The notes below the pieces were generated by a model. That model did no database searches. It was not told the DNA's origin and worked only from the letters and a program-made list of their open reading frames with translations. A stretch of 63,892 nucleotides of DNA, the filler included, from Chrysochromulina tobinii (lineage: Eukaryota), in the NCBI GenBank assembly GCA_001275005.1. It is 7 parts of 7 records of this genome, joined end to end, with 100 filler letters (N's around TTAATTAATTAA, not from the genome) between each part and the next. Parts side by side here need not be neighbours in the genome. Positions count along the whole stretch, not along the records: positions 34,073 to 37,680 come from JWZX01000508.1; positions 37,781 to 57,013 come from JWZX01000509.1; 5 more parts are not named here. One strand, written 5' to 3'. A program made the position numbers and the translations under genes. Positions 36,677 to 48,300 of this stretch are shown piece after piece. The stretch's first letter is position 1. Each line of letters begins with the position of its first letter.

Positions 36677-38233
36677 TTGCCGCCCCTGCTTCCTTTTTGC
36701 CTTTATTGCCTCCACCGCCCCTCCCCGTCTGTTGAATACCATACACTCTACGGGGTAGACCGTACCCGACTCACTACACGACTCCCTGTTACCGTATTAG
36801 GAAAGGACTCCCAGTATGGAAGGATCGTGTGTGGAATGTGCTGTGAGATGAGTGGCCCGGAGCGGTCCTCACGGCGTCAGTGAATTCAGCAGTCGTGCAC
36901 TGCACCTTACAATTAAGGAGTTCATCGCCCGGCTGATTGTGAGAGCCGATAAAGGCCGGAGAGCCGTCTGGAACTATCGAGTCCATGACGTCTACAACGC
37001 CACTCACGACCGCCGCCACCCCCCTGCCGCTGCCCTCGCCTCCACTGCCCTCGCCGCCTTTGGCACCTCCTCTGCCCTCGCCGCCTCTGGCACCTCCTCT
37101 GCCCTCGCCCCCTTTTCCTAGTGCCGTCCCGCCATCAACACCGCTTGCCTCAGCGCTCCACGCAGTGCTTGTCCTTTTTTCAACACTGCTCATCTCCGCA
37201 CGCGCTGGGCAGTATACGGTAGTCAATATACTTTTACTAAGTTCTCACACACATTTACTCGGTTGCAGCAGCCAGTACCGATGCACGACACATGACGAGA
37301 TACACAAGCCATCCCGAGGATACCGGTAAAAAGACACCGGGGGAGCCGGTAACCCGATAACACACCCAAATTCGATAACAACGGTGCACTATCACCCCGC
37401 TCCTCACGCCCCCCCTTGTGGTGACCCCATGCATATGCACAGGGCTTCGACGCCGCCGAGACGAGAGCTTTCGATGGCGAACCTCTGTGTGTGCAAACGC
37501 GCCGAGGTGGGCAGGAGCCGACTTTTTCGGCAATGGAACCCCACGTGATTCTCGTCGTCTTTGTTCGATCCACGCTCGATGGTACCTGCGAAGCCCACGC
37601 GGATGTCGTCGTCGCAGGTACCATCGAGCTCACACCCATCTTCCCTGGCAGCCAAGTCGACTTTGGCGTACGCATCGGCANNNNNNNNNNNNNNNNNNNN
37701 NNNNNNNNNNNNNNNNNNNNNNNNTTAATTAATTAANNNNNNNNNNNNNNNNNNNNNNNNNNNNNNNNNNNNNNNNNNNNCCGCCCGCCGGCGCTCCGGG
37801 CTCGACAGTACGGGTCGAGGTGTTGCGCCTGCCGCCCTTAACGTTGTTCGCTCTGGAAGACAACCAATATAGCGCAAGCGCTAGAACCCACCAGACTGCA
37901 GACACCTGTGAAAACGTTGGGATATGAACATTTTCATTTTCATGCAGGTCGTTCCGTTTTCAGCACTCTAACGCGTTCTATCTACACACCGCGAAAAAGG
38001 CGCGACGCGAGCGCGACCCATCATGATCATCGTTTGCCAGCAAGTGCCATCCGAAGCAAATCCGAAGATGCAAAAGATCCGAATCCCGCATGCACGTTCT
38101 CTGCCATAGTGCCGCCCACCAGCAAACATCCCAGCCACCGGGCCACCGGGCCACATCTCCGCCATCCATCCGCCATCCATCGGGTCCAACGCCGCCGTTC
38201 ACGCCGCCGTCCTCCAGCCCGTGACGAGCGCAC

Positions 38234-40423
38234 TCAGCACTCCGCCGGCACCGGGCGTGCCACGTCGACGCTCGCGGCCGGATCCTCGACCCCCTCGGCG
38301 TCGCCCACCGGCGCATCATCCGTCCCGGCGTCGCCCACCGGCGCACTAGCAAGGGCGCGCCCCTCCCCATGCGCCCGCCCCCCATGGGCGCCCTTGGGCA
38401 TGCGCGGCGGGCGTGGCTTGGGCTCGGGCGCCCTGTTGGGCTTCTCGATGGCGTGGTTCATCGGGCGCGCGTGCAGCCCCGACCGCGACTTGATGCCTAC
38501 AGAAGGGAAGGCGGTGCAGAAGCCCTCCTCGAGCGTGCCTGATGAGGGAGGCAATCAGCGTATGAGACGAGGGAGGTCATCAGCGACCATCAGTGGCCAG
38601 CAAGTGAGAGGGCATTCGAATGTCCACCTCGAGCGCGCACGCGGGTGGCTTCTTGAGAAGCAATCAGAGGTCATCAGACGCAATCAGAGGTCATCATCAG
38701 AGGCCTTGGGCGTACGCAGGTCCATCGGTGGCTTCTTGTGCCCCTGGCGGTGGGCCTCGCCGCCGGCAGCGCATGCACGGCTCTCGTACGCAGCCACGTC
38801 AACGGCGGCGCCCACGACGGCGCCGCCACTCTCGATCGTGGGCAGCTTGGCGGGAGCGGAGGTGGGGTGGTAGAGTCGGCCGTTGAGGCCGCGGTGCGCC
38901 TTGGCGCCGACAGGTGCGAACGCGAGGTCCTGCAGCTTGTGCAGCTGCGCACGCAGCATCTTGACCTGCACGTCCGCCGAGGAGAGCTTCTCTGCGAGTA
39001 CGGCCGCTCGCGCCTCGGCCGTCTCGGCCCGCTCCGTCGCGTCGCGCGCCGCACGCACGGCTCCCTCGAGCTTCGAACGCTGCGCGACCACAATCTCCGC
39101 GGGCATCGGATTGTTCTCGGCAGCGGGCCGACGTGTGGGCAAAGGAAGGAGCGCCGCCGCCGCACGCTGCGCCACGGCAACTTCCTTTGCCGCGACCTTC
39201 TCCTCGCGCTGCTTGAGCGCGCGCTCAGCCGCCTCGAGCCGGCGCTGCAGCTCGGCCGCGCGCTGTTCCGAGCGCTCGGCCGCCTTCTGCAGCTCGGCCT
39301 CGCGCTGTCCCGAGCGCTCGACCGCCTCGAGCCGGCGCTGCATTTCGGCCGCACGAGACTTGGCGCTGTCACGCTCACTCTCTGCCGCCGCGGCGCGCTT
39401 CTCAGCCTCCGTGGCGGCGGCCTGCGCGGCAGCTGCAGCGGCCTGCACGGTCGCCGCGGTGCGCTCGGCGGCACGCGTGGCGCCCTCGGCGGCGCGCTTA
39501 GCCTCGGTCGCCTCCGCCAGCGCCTCGCGCGCCTCGCTCACCTCCTCGAGTGCGTCGGCCAGGGCGGCCGCTGCGAACTCAATCCCCTTGTCTCCGAGCC
39601 AAGAGACCTGCGCCTTCCGACGCGCGGCCTCAGCGTCGGGCTCTTCGGCGGGGTCCACGTGACCGCCTTGGCCGACGGCGGCGTCCTCGTGGCCGCCTTT
39701 GGGCGGCATCTCGCGCCGGCTCAGCTGGCCGCGCCGCACGGACTGCAGCCTCGTCGCCGCCGCCGCCTGTTCCCGCATCTCGCGACGATCCCGTTGGCCG
39801 CGGCCCGTCGCCTGGACAGCTGCCTGCTGACGCACCTGGCGGCGGTCCTGCTGGCCACGCCGCGCCGCCTGCAGCTTGGTGGCTGCAGCGGACAACTCGT
39901 CGTCATCCGCATCGACGGCGACGACGGCCGGCTTAACTGGCAGTCCATAGGCGTACTCCACCTGCAGAGCCCGACGGCTCTGCTGGCCGCGCCGCGCCGC
40001 CTGCATCATCGTCGCCGCCTCTTCTCTGCGCAGCACCACCAAGGGGCTCTCATCTTCTTCTTCGTCTACGTCGACCTCCTCTTCTGCCGTCGTTGGCGGC
40101 TCGGGTGCAGCTCGCACAGCACCGTTGCGACGAGCTTGCTGTCCACGGCGCACGGCTTGCAGCTTGGTCGCCGCGTCGGCCTGCTCGCGGAGCACTTGGC
40201 GGTCACGCTGACCGCGGCGCACAGCCTGGAGCTTGGTCGCGGCGAAGGCCTGCTCGTCCATCGGCGGCTCGGGTGCAGCTCGCACAGCACCGTTGCGACG
40301 AGCTTGCTGTCCACGGCGCACGGCTTGCAGCTTGGTCGCCGCATCGGCCTGCTCGCGGAGCACTTGGCGGTCACGCTGACCGCGGCGCACAGCCTGGAGC
40401 TTGGTCGCGGCGAAGGCCTCCAT
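38234..40423 (-). CDS. IQ calmodulin-binding repeat protein with long coiled coil
   Basis: About 7 AATKLQAxRRG motifs and an internal tandem duplication. Intron 38539-38715 joins it to the 38234-38538 exon. Confidence 0.8.
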
Positions 40424-40621
40424 GCTGCTACCGTTGATTTTGAAAACTTGAATGGTCGCTGTGCAGACTTGTTGCAGGGCGTTGCATGACAAATTTGGCA
40501 ATCCGCCTGCAAACAAAAAGCCTCCCCTACGAGGCCCTACCGTTGGTACGACGCCTGGCCCAGAGGGCATGCAATTGCGAGTTTCAGAATTTGGGAGCAT
40601 CGTCTCAGAACTCCGATCGTC

Positions 40622-42015
40622 ATGACCTACAGCTCCAACGGTCCACTTCCTGTCAATCTCAGCATGAACTCCGCGGAGTGGGTGCGCAGCATTACAAGGG
40701 GTGCGCTCCACGCTCCAACGTTTGGCCGTCGCCCAATGTCTTGCCAGCATCAGAACCAGCGAGTCTACAAGTGTTTACCAGGTGTGTGCTACGATCAGCG
40801 AATCTCAGCGCCAGAGCTGTGTTCGTGCTGTCCCTCGTGCACCTTCTGCCAGGCTGGAGCCGTCGGCCGATGGACGACGCCGAGTGGAGTGGTGCTCGAA
40901 AGTCTGACGAGTGCTACGGTGCCCTCCTTTCAGTTTGCTTACAATCCTCTGGACGTAGACATGCTACACATTCGACGGAGGCTGGTTGTTGAGCCGGCGC
41001 TGACAGCGCTCTGGAAAAACGTCACACAGACTTGCTGCGCTGCAGGCGGTCTCGTGATCGACATTGGCGCAAATTTTGGATGGTACACGCTCTTTTCGCT
41101 TGCACTCGGCTGCCACGTTGTCGCCTTTGAGCCTGTGTCGGACTATCGCGACGTAGAACGCCTCGGGGCCTTCCTCAATCATGGCTTCGCGCAGCGGTTG
41201 CAAGTCTTCGGCAACGTGGTATTCGATGCGCCAGGCAATTACACTATGGTCGTCCCTCGCGCAGGCATGCACCGAGGCTACCCTCACCACCGAGGCCCTG
41301 CGCAAGCTCAACAAGCGCCCTCTGTGCTGCCTGCGGGCAAGGACGCGCGATCGGCTCAGCCAGTTGCCACGCTCAAGACGCACAGGCGCACCATGCTGGG
41401 GATGGCGGCGATGCTTGGCCCTGGTGGCCAAGCGGCGGTCAAGAACGTGATGACGCTAGGCCCCGCGGGGACGACAACTTACGTCGAGCACGCCCTCTCA
41501 ACTCGAGTGGATGACGTCGTCTCCCCCGAGCAGCACGGGCGCGCCGGGTGTGCATGCTCAAGTCGGACGTCGAAGGACTCGAGCCGCAGTCGCTGCGCAC
41601 GGCGTCACGGCTGCTGTCGCTTGGACTGGTCGAGGCGGTGCAGCTGGAGCTCAATCGCAAAGATTCGCAGAGGTGTGCGAACATTCGAATGCTGCGCGAC
41701 TTGCTCCTGTACGGCTTCCGCCTCATTAAGGTGAAGCATGGCGCGCCATGCTGGGATGAGCGCTGCGTGACGCGAGTTAGGACCTACGAAGAGGACACGA
41801 CGCGCCTGCAGAGCACGCCAGTGAGGCCGGGGCTGCAGCCGGCGCAGTTGAGTCGCACGATCGCGACGGCCCACTTCGAGGCGGCGGACATGTATCGCCG
41901 GGTGTTCCCAGAGTTCAGCTCCAACATCTTGGGCTGGCGCATGCCGGGGTTTGGTGTGGGTGAGCTCGTCAACGTGCATGCGCTGCCGCTGCGAGGACAC
42001 GGCTGCGCGACTTGA
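40622..42015 (+). CDS. FkbM-family SAM-dependent methyltransferase (frameshift near 41545)
   Basis: VIDIGANFGWY and VVAFEP in one frame; MLKSDVEGLE...VQLEL in another frame. Confidence 0.75.
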
Positions 42016-42338
42016 GTGTTGATTGAGTGTGAACTGTGATATCGCCGTGATTCAGGTTGGTGTACGAGTATGCCGTGCTGTGTGTATACGTATACCAACC
42101 TGTCTATTGATTTGTCTTGTGAATGTGGTAATTTTGGTGTGTGCTCCGACGGACGTCTGCGTTGCGTCTCTTAACGAGCGTTTTCGAATAAAACGCGCCG
42201 CGCGACGTTCCGACGTAGACCGATGTGTGAAGTACAGTCCTCGTCAGCCAATCCTCGCCAGTGAGTGAGTGTTCGCCAGTGAGTGAGCTGCCATTGTTGC
42301 CGCATGCACGAGCGAGGGCGACCTACCTAACTAGTAAC

Positions 42339-43472
42339 TTACGTGTGCCCCCCGCCCTCGAGCTTGATAGGCTGCCCACGGCGTGCATGCATCGCAGCGA
42401 GCGGGTCGCCTGCGCGCCGCCGCCTCGCTGTGCTCTCATGCGCCTCCTTGTCGTGCGCCACCCAGCTGGACACAAAGTGGTGGGTGCACACGGCCTCGCG
42501 CGGGCGCGTGCTCTCCTCGTCCTCCTTTCGGTGCTCGGCCGTCACCGGGTGCAAATAGGCTGAGTCGAGCACGACAAGGCCAAGCTGCCGGCGAGCGAGC
42601 TTGAGCGCCATCTCGCTCAGGCTCGCTTCGGCTGGCAGCCGCAGCAGCCGCCGGAGCGCCTCGCGCAGCACCGCGGGCCCAGTTGAGTACAGCACGGCCG
42701 TGTGCCCGCTGCTCAGCGGCGTCGCAGACCGGTTACGTAGCACATCGAAGACTGCACCCCAAAACGGGTGCCCCTTGGCGGAGGCGAAGACCGAATTGCA
42801 TGCACCGCGTGAAAAGTTGTTACCGGCCTTGTAGGAGAGCACGAGCGATGCTCCCTCGAGGAGCGGCCCGAATGGCTTGAAGCACTGCGTGTCGAGGTCC
42901 GCGTACACGCCGCCACGTGCATGCGCGATCACGTATCGAGCCACGTCTGCGCGCTGGATCGGCGACGCATACCCATCGTACATCGGCAGCAGCGACGGGT
43001 ACTCGGACGCAACGAGCGCACGGTTGTCGGCATCCGTCCAGAGCGTGTACGCCCAGCCTTGGTTCTGGTCGCGGAGCGACTTGCGCCAGCGCGGACTGAA
43101 CTGCGCCTTGGGAGGCACTGCATCCTTCCACGTCTGGTGCAGCTGCTCGGGTATCGGCTGCAATGGTCGTCGTCCGAGCCACTGGTTGCGCAGCGCGGCG
43201 AGCCACGGTGCGTCCAGCGAGGAGAGCGACGACTCGTCGGCGCGCTCCCAAAAGCGCGTCTCGGGCGGATACCGCGCATCCAGGTCAAAGTTCTGCAGGA
43301 CACTCAGCGTGGCCGCGGCTGGTGCCGGTGGCGCTGGCTCCTGAGATTCCCATGCGCCTCGTATATGCGGTGCCGTATGGAGGAGCGCCACCGGCTGCGT
43401 CACGTGAGATAGCAACAGGAAATTGACGCAGCCAATAAGGCTCGCGCCGATAACACATAAGCTGGGACGCAT
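42339..43472 (-). CDS. Glycosyltransferase family 32 (DXD; SUR1/OCH1-like)
   Basis: IPEQLHQTWK, RADVARY...GGVYADLD, HPFW, STGP, HHFVSSW; N-terminal anchor. Confidence 0.9.
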   Translation of the reverse strand: MRPSLCVIGASLIGCVNFLLLSHVTQPVALLHTAPHIRGAWESQEPAPPAPAAATLSVLQNFDLDARYPPETRFWERADESSLSSLDAPWLAALRNQWLGRRPLQPIPEQLHQTWKDAVPPKAQFSPRWRKSLRDQNQGWAYTLWTDADNRALVASEYPSLLPMYDGYASPIQRADVARYVIAHARGGVYADLDTQCFKPFGPLLEGASLVLSYKAGNNFSRGACNSVFASAKGHPFWGAVFDVLRNRSATPLSSGHTAVLYSTGPAVLREALRRLLRLPAEASLSEMALKLARRQLGLVVLDSAYLHPVTAEHRKEDEESTRPREAVCTHHFVSSWVAHDKEAHESTARRRRAGDPLAAMHARRGQPIKLEGGGHT

Positions 43473-43615
43473 ACATTAAAGTCAATCAAGACAAGACAAG
43501 TAAAATGTTCATGAGGTGGCACATATTCGTTCGTTCTCTCCCTCCCACGGCAATTTCACACCGCTGACAGTTTGAAGGCAGTTGAGCTGACTGTTTGCCG
43601 TGAATCGTTTCCGAA

Positions 43616-44170
43616 ATGGCGGCGGAACTCGACCCGTGGGCGCCTCCGCCCGACCCGTGGGCTCCCATCGCCGCCAGACGCGAGGAGAATATCGCTGCCA
43701 AGGATGCGGCCAGCGCGGTGAAAATGAATTACGTTAACAAGCTCACCACCGGCTACCACCAAAAGGTGGTGGTCCCGGGACGTCTCCACGGTGCCACTAA
43801 CCACGTGTACCACGTGCACACGGATGCGGAGCGCGAGCACTGGGCGATGATCGCGGAGAAACGTGAGGATGCGCTGAGCTTCCGAGCCGAGGTCCGACGC
43901 GTCTTCAATCTCGCAGACACCGACGGGAGTGGGCAGCTCGACCTCGCTGAGCTGACAGCCGCTCGAAAAGCTATCGGGGATCCTCGAGCGGTGCAGAATG
44001 CGAAGAACATGCTCGATCGTCATGATCACGATGAGTCGGGCACGCTCAACTATGACGAGTTCTTGCAGATGCTGTGGACGACGTACCAAAAGTCACCCGA
44101 GGGCGCCAAGCGCATCCTCAGCACCTATGTGAATCAGATTGGCGAGAGGCGCAACCGGAGAAGCGATTAA
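43616..44170 (+). CDS. Small two-EF-hand protein
   Basis: DTDGSGQLDLAE and DHDESGTLNYDEF. Confidence 0.85.
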   Translation: MAAELDPWAPPPDPWAPIAARREENIAAKDAASAVKMNYVNKLTTGYHQKVVVPGRLHGATNHVYHVHTDAEREHWAMIAEKREDALSFRAEVRRVFNLADTDGSGQLDLAELTAARKAIGDPRAVQNAKNMLDRHDHDESGTLNYDEFLQMLWTTYQKSPEGAKRILSTYVNQIGERRNRRSD

Positions 44171-45323
44171 CAGATAATGTACTGATGCTCCTCCCCAGCT
44201 CGTTAGCCGCGTGCGCAGTAGTGCATGCATGTGATCCGGTCGCGCGCTCGCGAATACGCATCGCATGCCACTGTCGCGGGTGTCATTAGCAGCGCTCTGG
44301 ATCTAATCTGGATCGGGACGTGTGATGTCGGACGCTATGTCACTCCGAAACCGAATCGCCTGCATGATCGCGCCGGCACTGGTGCGTTTCGCGCGCGCGC
44401 GCGCTCTACGTTCTAGCCTCTTTGTAGTCGCATACATCTATTTTCTATGTTTGTATGAAGTTTGAAGAGCTCTTGTGATAATCTTGTGAACGCTGTCGAG
44501 TGTCCGGTGACCGGTCCCATGGACCGGTCCGCGGTCGCGGGTCGGCCGGGGCCCGGGCCGGGGCCGCTGCGCGGCAACATGACGCACGCACAATGTGGCA
44601 AAGACGTGGTCGTGACTCGTGGGCGGCGTGTGGGACCCAGTTGACACACTGACACATTTTGAGCTTTTGACCCCCCCCGCCCCGCACAGACCACAGTGCG
44701 CACCCAAGCCACAGACACACTACGATCTACGTTGTCGGCTTGTCGCGTCAATGAGGTCTCAATGTGTCGCGTGTTTGACTTGAATGCTGCCTCACATCAG
44801 AGCTACGACGCAAGCAGCCTCGTGAGCGCGACAACCCGGTCCCTGCTGAAGCTAGCTAGACCAGGCTGACCTACAATGTATCGCACGACAGAGCGGGGGC
44901 CCTCTTGATTACACACTTCTTGAGTGGATTTAATTACGACCGCGCGCTGGCATCTAACGGCGTGTTGCGTGACGTGCGTCGCGCCGCTGGCGACGAGCGG
45001 GCGTACCTCGGTCGCGTCGGGCGGCATGTGGGGCTTCGACCGGCCACGGGCGGCGTTCATGCACCGCGACGCTGACAAGGACGGCACACCCCCCTTGGTC
45101 GTCAAGGGCTGCAGCGAAGCGGACGTCTACCAGAAGCTGCAGCTCCGCATGCTGTTGTGCTGTGGAGTCGCCCCAGACGATCCGCGCGTGGAGGTCTTGG
45201 AAGATAGGGTCATGGTCCCTGGCCACGAGCGCACGTGCGACGTGCTCCCTGTGGGATACATTGCTGGGGGACGCGTGGTCCGAGACTGACGGCCCAGAGC
45301 AAAAATTGCTGTGCAGCGCTGCG

Positions 45324-48300
45324 ATGCATATGCAAGAGCGCTCAGGCTACTGCAAGGTGCCGCCAACGAGCACAATCAAGATCTCAGTCATGCAGTACCA
45401 AAAGTGGCGCCAGGGACACCGAGGCAAGCGAGGTCGCAACTTCTTGAACGACGACGTGGAGCCCGGCTTTGACGCTCTGCTAGCTGACGAGCTCGCGGCC
45501 GCGTCGACGGAGGTGCGCGACCTGTTCGAGGCGTGCTCGGCGGCAGAGCCCCATCGACTGCGCGAGCTCCTTGATGCCAAAGCGGACGTCAACCTGGCTC
45601 TGCATGAGACGGCGACTCCTCTGACGACCGTGATACAGGCGAGCACGCGCGGCAGCGCTTCGGATCCGCTCGCATGCATCCGCTTGCTGCTGGAGGCGAA
45701 AGCACGGCCAGACGAAGCCGTCTTCGCTTCCGACAGCGGCACGCCGATTGGGGTTGCCACTCCACTCATCTTGGCGTGCGCCAAGGAGGACCACGCGCTG
45801 GTCGATCTGCTTCTCGAGCACCATGCGGCGCCCGACAGGACAGGGACCCTCAGCGACGGATGCCACCCGATGACTCCACTGATGGTCGCTGCCAGCCGAG
45901 GCGCGGTGGAGGTCGCTGAGTCCTTGCTTCGTGCAGGTGACCACTGATGGCCACTGATGACCGCTGATGACCTCTGATGACCTCTGATGACCACTGATGA
46001 CCGCTGATGACCACTGATGGCCGCTGATGACCTCTGATGGCCACTGATGACCACTGATGACCTCTGAGTGCGCCGAGTCCTTGGTTCGTGCAGGTCATCC
46101 GCTGCATGCGATCATCACCGAGGCGTCGCCCAGCTACCACGGCGATGATGCGATGAGCTTCACGATGAAGAATGCGCCGCCGAGCCTCATGCCGGCGATG
46201 GTGAAGCTGCTGCTGAGTGCGAGCCGCTCCCAGGATCCTGAGGGCTTCAACGCGCGGCACACCTCTGATATGCTGCAGTGCAGCCAATTTCTGGCCGAAG
46301 ACCGAGCCCTGATGGGGCTGCAGCTGCTTCTCGATGCCAAGGTGGACGTGAACACGCGCGTCTCGTGTGGGACGAGGTTGATGAACCCAAGCACCGGCCA
46401 CTTGACCCTCGTCGATTCAGTCATAGCATTGTGCGTCTGCTCACAGCCGTGCGCCCCTCCCCTCCCCTCCCTGCATGGGAGCCTAGCACGGCGCCAATGT
46501 CCTCATCTGTGCCTCCCCGCCCGCCGCGCAGTGCCATGACCCGCAAGAAGACATCCGCGTCGATCATCGAGCTACTCCTGAGGGCAGGCGCTGATCCTCA
46601 GGCCGCAATGAGTGCGATGCTCATGGGGCGCGAATATGACCACCAAACTGTCCGGCTGGTGCAGGACGCGTTCCAAATGATGAGCTACGCTGGGAAGCGC
46701 GTGCAGGTGCGCACGATGGTCAGTCGGCCGGAGCTCGTCGGCGCGCGCGGCAGAGTGCTCAAGAGCCGGAGCTGGCAGGGCATCGGCCGCCTAGCAGTGC
46801 TGCTCGAGGGGGAAAGCGTGCCGCTCTCGCTGCGAGTGTCGGCATTGCACTTTGGCGATGAGCCTCTGCCTTTCCTCGAGGGCCCCAACAACCCGGAGCG
46901 CGCTGAGGCAGCGCTGCGTTCCGATGACCAGGGGGCCGATACCGTTGACAACGAATGGGGCCTTCTCGCGCAACCTGAGGCCACCCCTCAGTCGTCGGAT
47001 TCCATGCCTCTTCAAAAGCTGGATCATGACGAGATCATGGCAAGATCGGAACGAGATCGAGACGAGATTACGCCTCTTGAAAACCTGGATCTAGACGAGA
47101 TCATTTGGCTGCTCGGTCCGCAGGATCAGCAGATTGCGCACGATTCGCAGGACCTGCACGTGCTCGCGTCGAGCAGCGACCTCAGCGACGTCGAGGATCG
47201 CATGAGGCGTGCGTGCAGGGATGGCGACATCGCCACGATGCGGGCACTCATCCAGCTCGCCCCTTCGGTCGTCTTTGAAAGCCACGAGAGGTCCCTCCTC
47301 GGAGAGGCCGTGTGCTCCTCGAAGAACACTGTGGAATGCATCCAGCTGCTGCTCGAGACCAAAGCTTCGCCAAGGTCGTCGTCGTCGTCGTCCAAGGAGC
47401 CCTCGCCCGTCTTCTATGCCACGATGATGGGGAAGCTCGAGGCGATCGAGCTGCTGCTCAAGGCGGGGGCCTCCTACGACGATCCGTGCCAAGGGCAGAC
47501 GAACATGTCGGCACTGGTCGGGCTCATGGGGATGATGCATGCATCTGCTGGGTGCCGCAGCGAGCAGATGGAGGCCCAGTTGCAGTGTATCGAGGCCGTC
47601 CTGCTCACGGCCTATGCGCAGCCCTCGCGGGAGATTGTGCGAGCTTGCCTCTTCAACATCTGGTGTGAGCGCGGCACCACTGGTTTGGTTCGGTTAATGC
47701 TCGGACAGAAAATGGATCCGAACCTTGACTACCAGTCCGCCGAGCCCGACGCCGGGGCCCGTCCCCTCTTCCCCGCGCGCGGCCACATAGACTGGACGCC
47801 GCTCATGCGCGCGTGCGCGGGAAAGCACCACGGCTGCGTCAAGATGCTCCTTGAGGCTGCCGCCAACCTGACGACAGCTTGTACCACGGATGCAGGGCCG
47901 AAGACGCCGATGCAGATGGCGCAGTCTCAGAACGACACCGACTGTATTCGGCTGCTGATCAGCATGCTGCAGCGGGGCCAGAAGCTCGTGGGGCAGACCG
48001 TCCAGGTCGTCGATGACTTCAAGCAAGCCCTCACCGGCAGGCTGGCGGAAGTCATCGAGTTCGATCCCAGAGAAGGCCTGTGCCGAGTCTCCGTCGTCGA
48101 AGAGGGCTCGCGCCGAATCTACCTCATTCCTCCTGCGAAGCTGCAAGCGTACACCGACGAGAGCGAAGTGGATGCTTACGAGCCGTCTAGCCCGCACTCG
48201 AATCCCTCCAGCCCGCGCCAGCCCGACCCGAGCAACAACGAGGACGACCGAGTAGCCCTGGTACCTGCAGTCAGCCGTGCGTCGTGTAGGCTGATGGAAG

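Noticed and set aside
38738..40489. 583-aa plus-strand ORF and many similar overlapping ORFs
   Set aside because: Antisense or alternate-frame shadows of real genes in high-GC DNA.
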